A stretch of DNA of 64,000 bases from assembly GCF_009914755.1 (NCBI RefSeq), contig NC_060926.1. One strand, 5' to 3'. The notes beneath the pieces were generated by a model. The model was given only the letters and a program-made list of their open reading frames with translations. It was not told the origin of the DNA and made no database searches. Position numbers and translations under genes: made by a program. The stretch is from the human T2T-CHM13v2.0 reference genome, Homo sapiens. This document shows positions 62,941-64,000 of the stretch, piece after piece (the stretch's first letter is position 1; every line of letters begins with the position of its first letter).

Positions 62941-64000
62941 TCAGAGTTAAGGGCTCACCTAGAATAGGACACACCATTTATAGGGCTGATATCACAAAGC
63001 TGACTATGCGATCAAAAGGTCTACACCAACTCTTAGTATTTCTCAGCATGGAATGGGCATTTAAAATACAGGATGGAAGCATTTCTCCAGCTTTCTGCTA
63101 ATTGGAAATGTCTTTGTTAACCAGCATTTTAGCCCATCATTAGTGCAAAGAAAATAATACTGGTGACCTTATAGCAGTTTTCATGTGACATATATCTCAT
63201 TTTCTTCCGAATATCTGGTAATCTATGCACAAAATACACATTATCTAGTTAGTCCCCACGATACACAAGTATTGTGCTTATGTATTTACAATTATTTGAA
63301 GACAGTGTTTTTCTGGTATCCAATTAGAGCTAGATGATATGTACAATGTGCCTATGAAAACACAGAGAATATTTTATCAACAGCTATAAAATTTATTATT
63401 TTATTTTGTAAAACAAAATAATTTTCTCCCAAAAATTCAGTGAGCCCCCATAAAAACACAACTAGAGCAATGATTTAAGGGTTTCCTCAAAGTAAAGTGG
63501 ATCACGAATACAACTGACTTCCAGAGATAATTTATCTTATTAAACAAAAGTGAGTTTTATTTATTCTTAGCTAAAGTGGGAGGGACTTGACATCTCAAGA
63601 ATGCTTTAATAGGGACAGTTAATATAGAATCAGAGTGGATGAAAAATGGGTACAAACAGGTGTTCTCTAATCTCTAAAAACAGGTGAGAAGCCTGGAACC
63701 TCAGATAATCTTATTAAACTTTGTGAGTCAAAGACTTGTCATCTAACACATGCCAGCAGTGATGAAAGCTGGGAAAGAGTGAGTTGTTTTGATTTTTAAA
63801 CGGTATCTACTGACCTCATCTTCTAGATTTGGCATATACTATTTCAACTCCCAAAAGATACTATTCCTGTAAAACAATACTATTCCCTTTAGGAGAATGT
63901 AGTTAAAGACATACGATAATGTTCAGTGTATCCTGTTCACGTTCCTGCCTGTTAAATCATGCTGACTCTCTAGATCTACAAATTTTTACTACCAGATGCA

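Overview
AT-rich human genomic DNA; the near-consensus AluYa5 points to human. The window lies entirely inside one minus-strand gene, CCDC141 (CAMDI; chr2q31, next to TTN by recall). Six coding exons splice in frame with GT-AG boundaries: 61714-61598, 35997-35803, 22591-22419, 5760-5619, 3963-3844 and 2184-1993, giving 313 aa, probably exons 6-11. Two of them are absent from the ORF track. The rest is intronic and rich in transposable elements: a 5'-truncated L1PA3-like copy, older L1PA/L1M copies, about 9 Alu copies or fragments, solo LTRs, MER47A, MADE1, MER5/MER53, MIR/L2/L3 and microsatellites. Main observations: (1) the six exons form three exon pairs of 104/105/104 aa, each one spectrin-like repeat, with repeats 1 and 3 sharing the internal intron position; (2) a ~150-bp, ~85%-identical inverted repeat of MIR-derived sequence around a ~780-bp loop; (3) a young AluYa5 that makes an inverted Alu pair across a frame-symmetric exon with a weak acceptor; (4) two convergent CTCF-like motifs; (5) a MADE1 hairpin with a mirrored substitution. 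There are no prokaryotic features. Repeat subfamily names come from recalled consensus sequences, and boundaries of old repeats are approximate.
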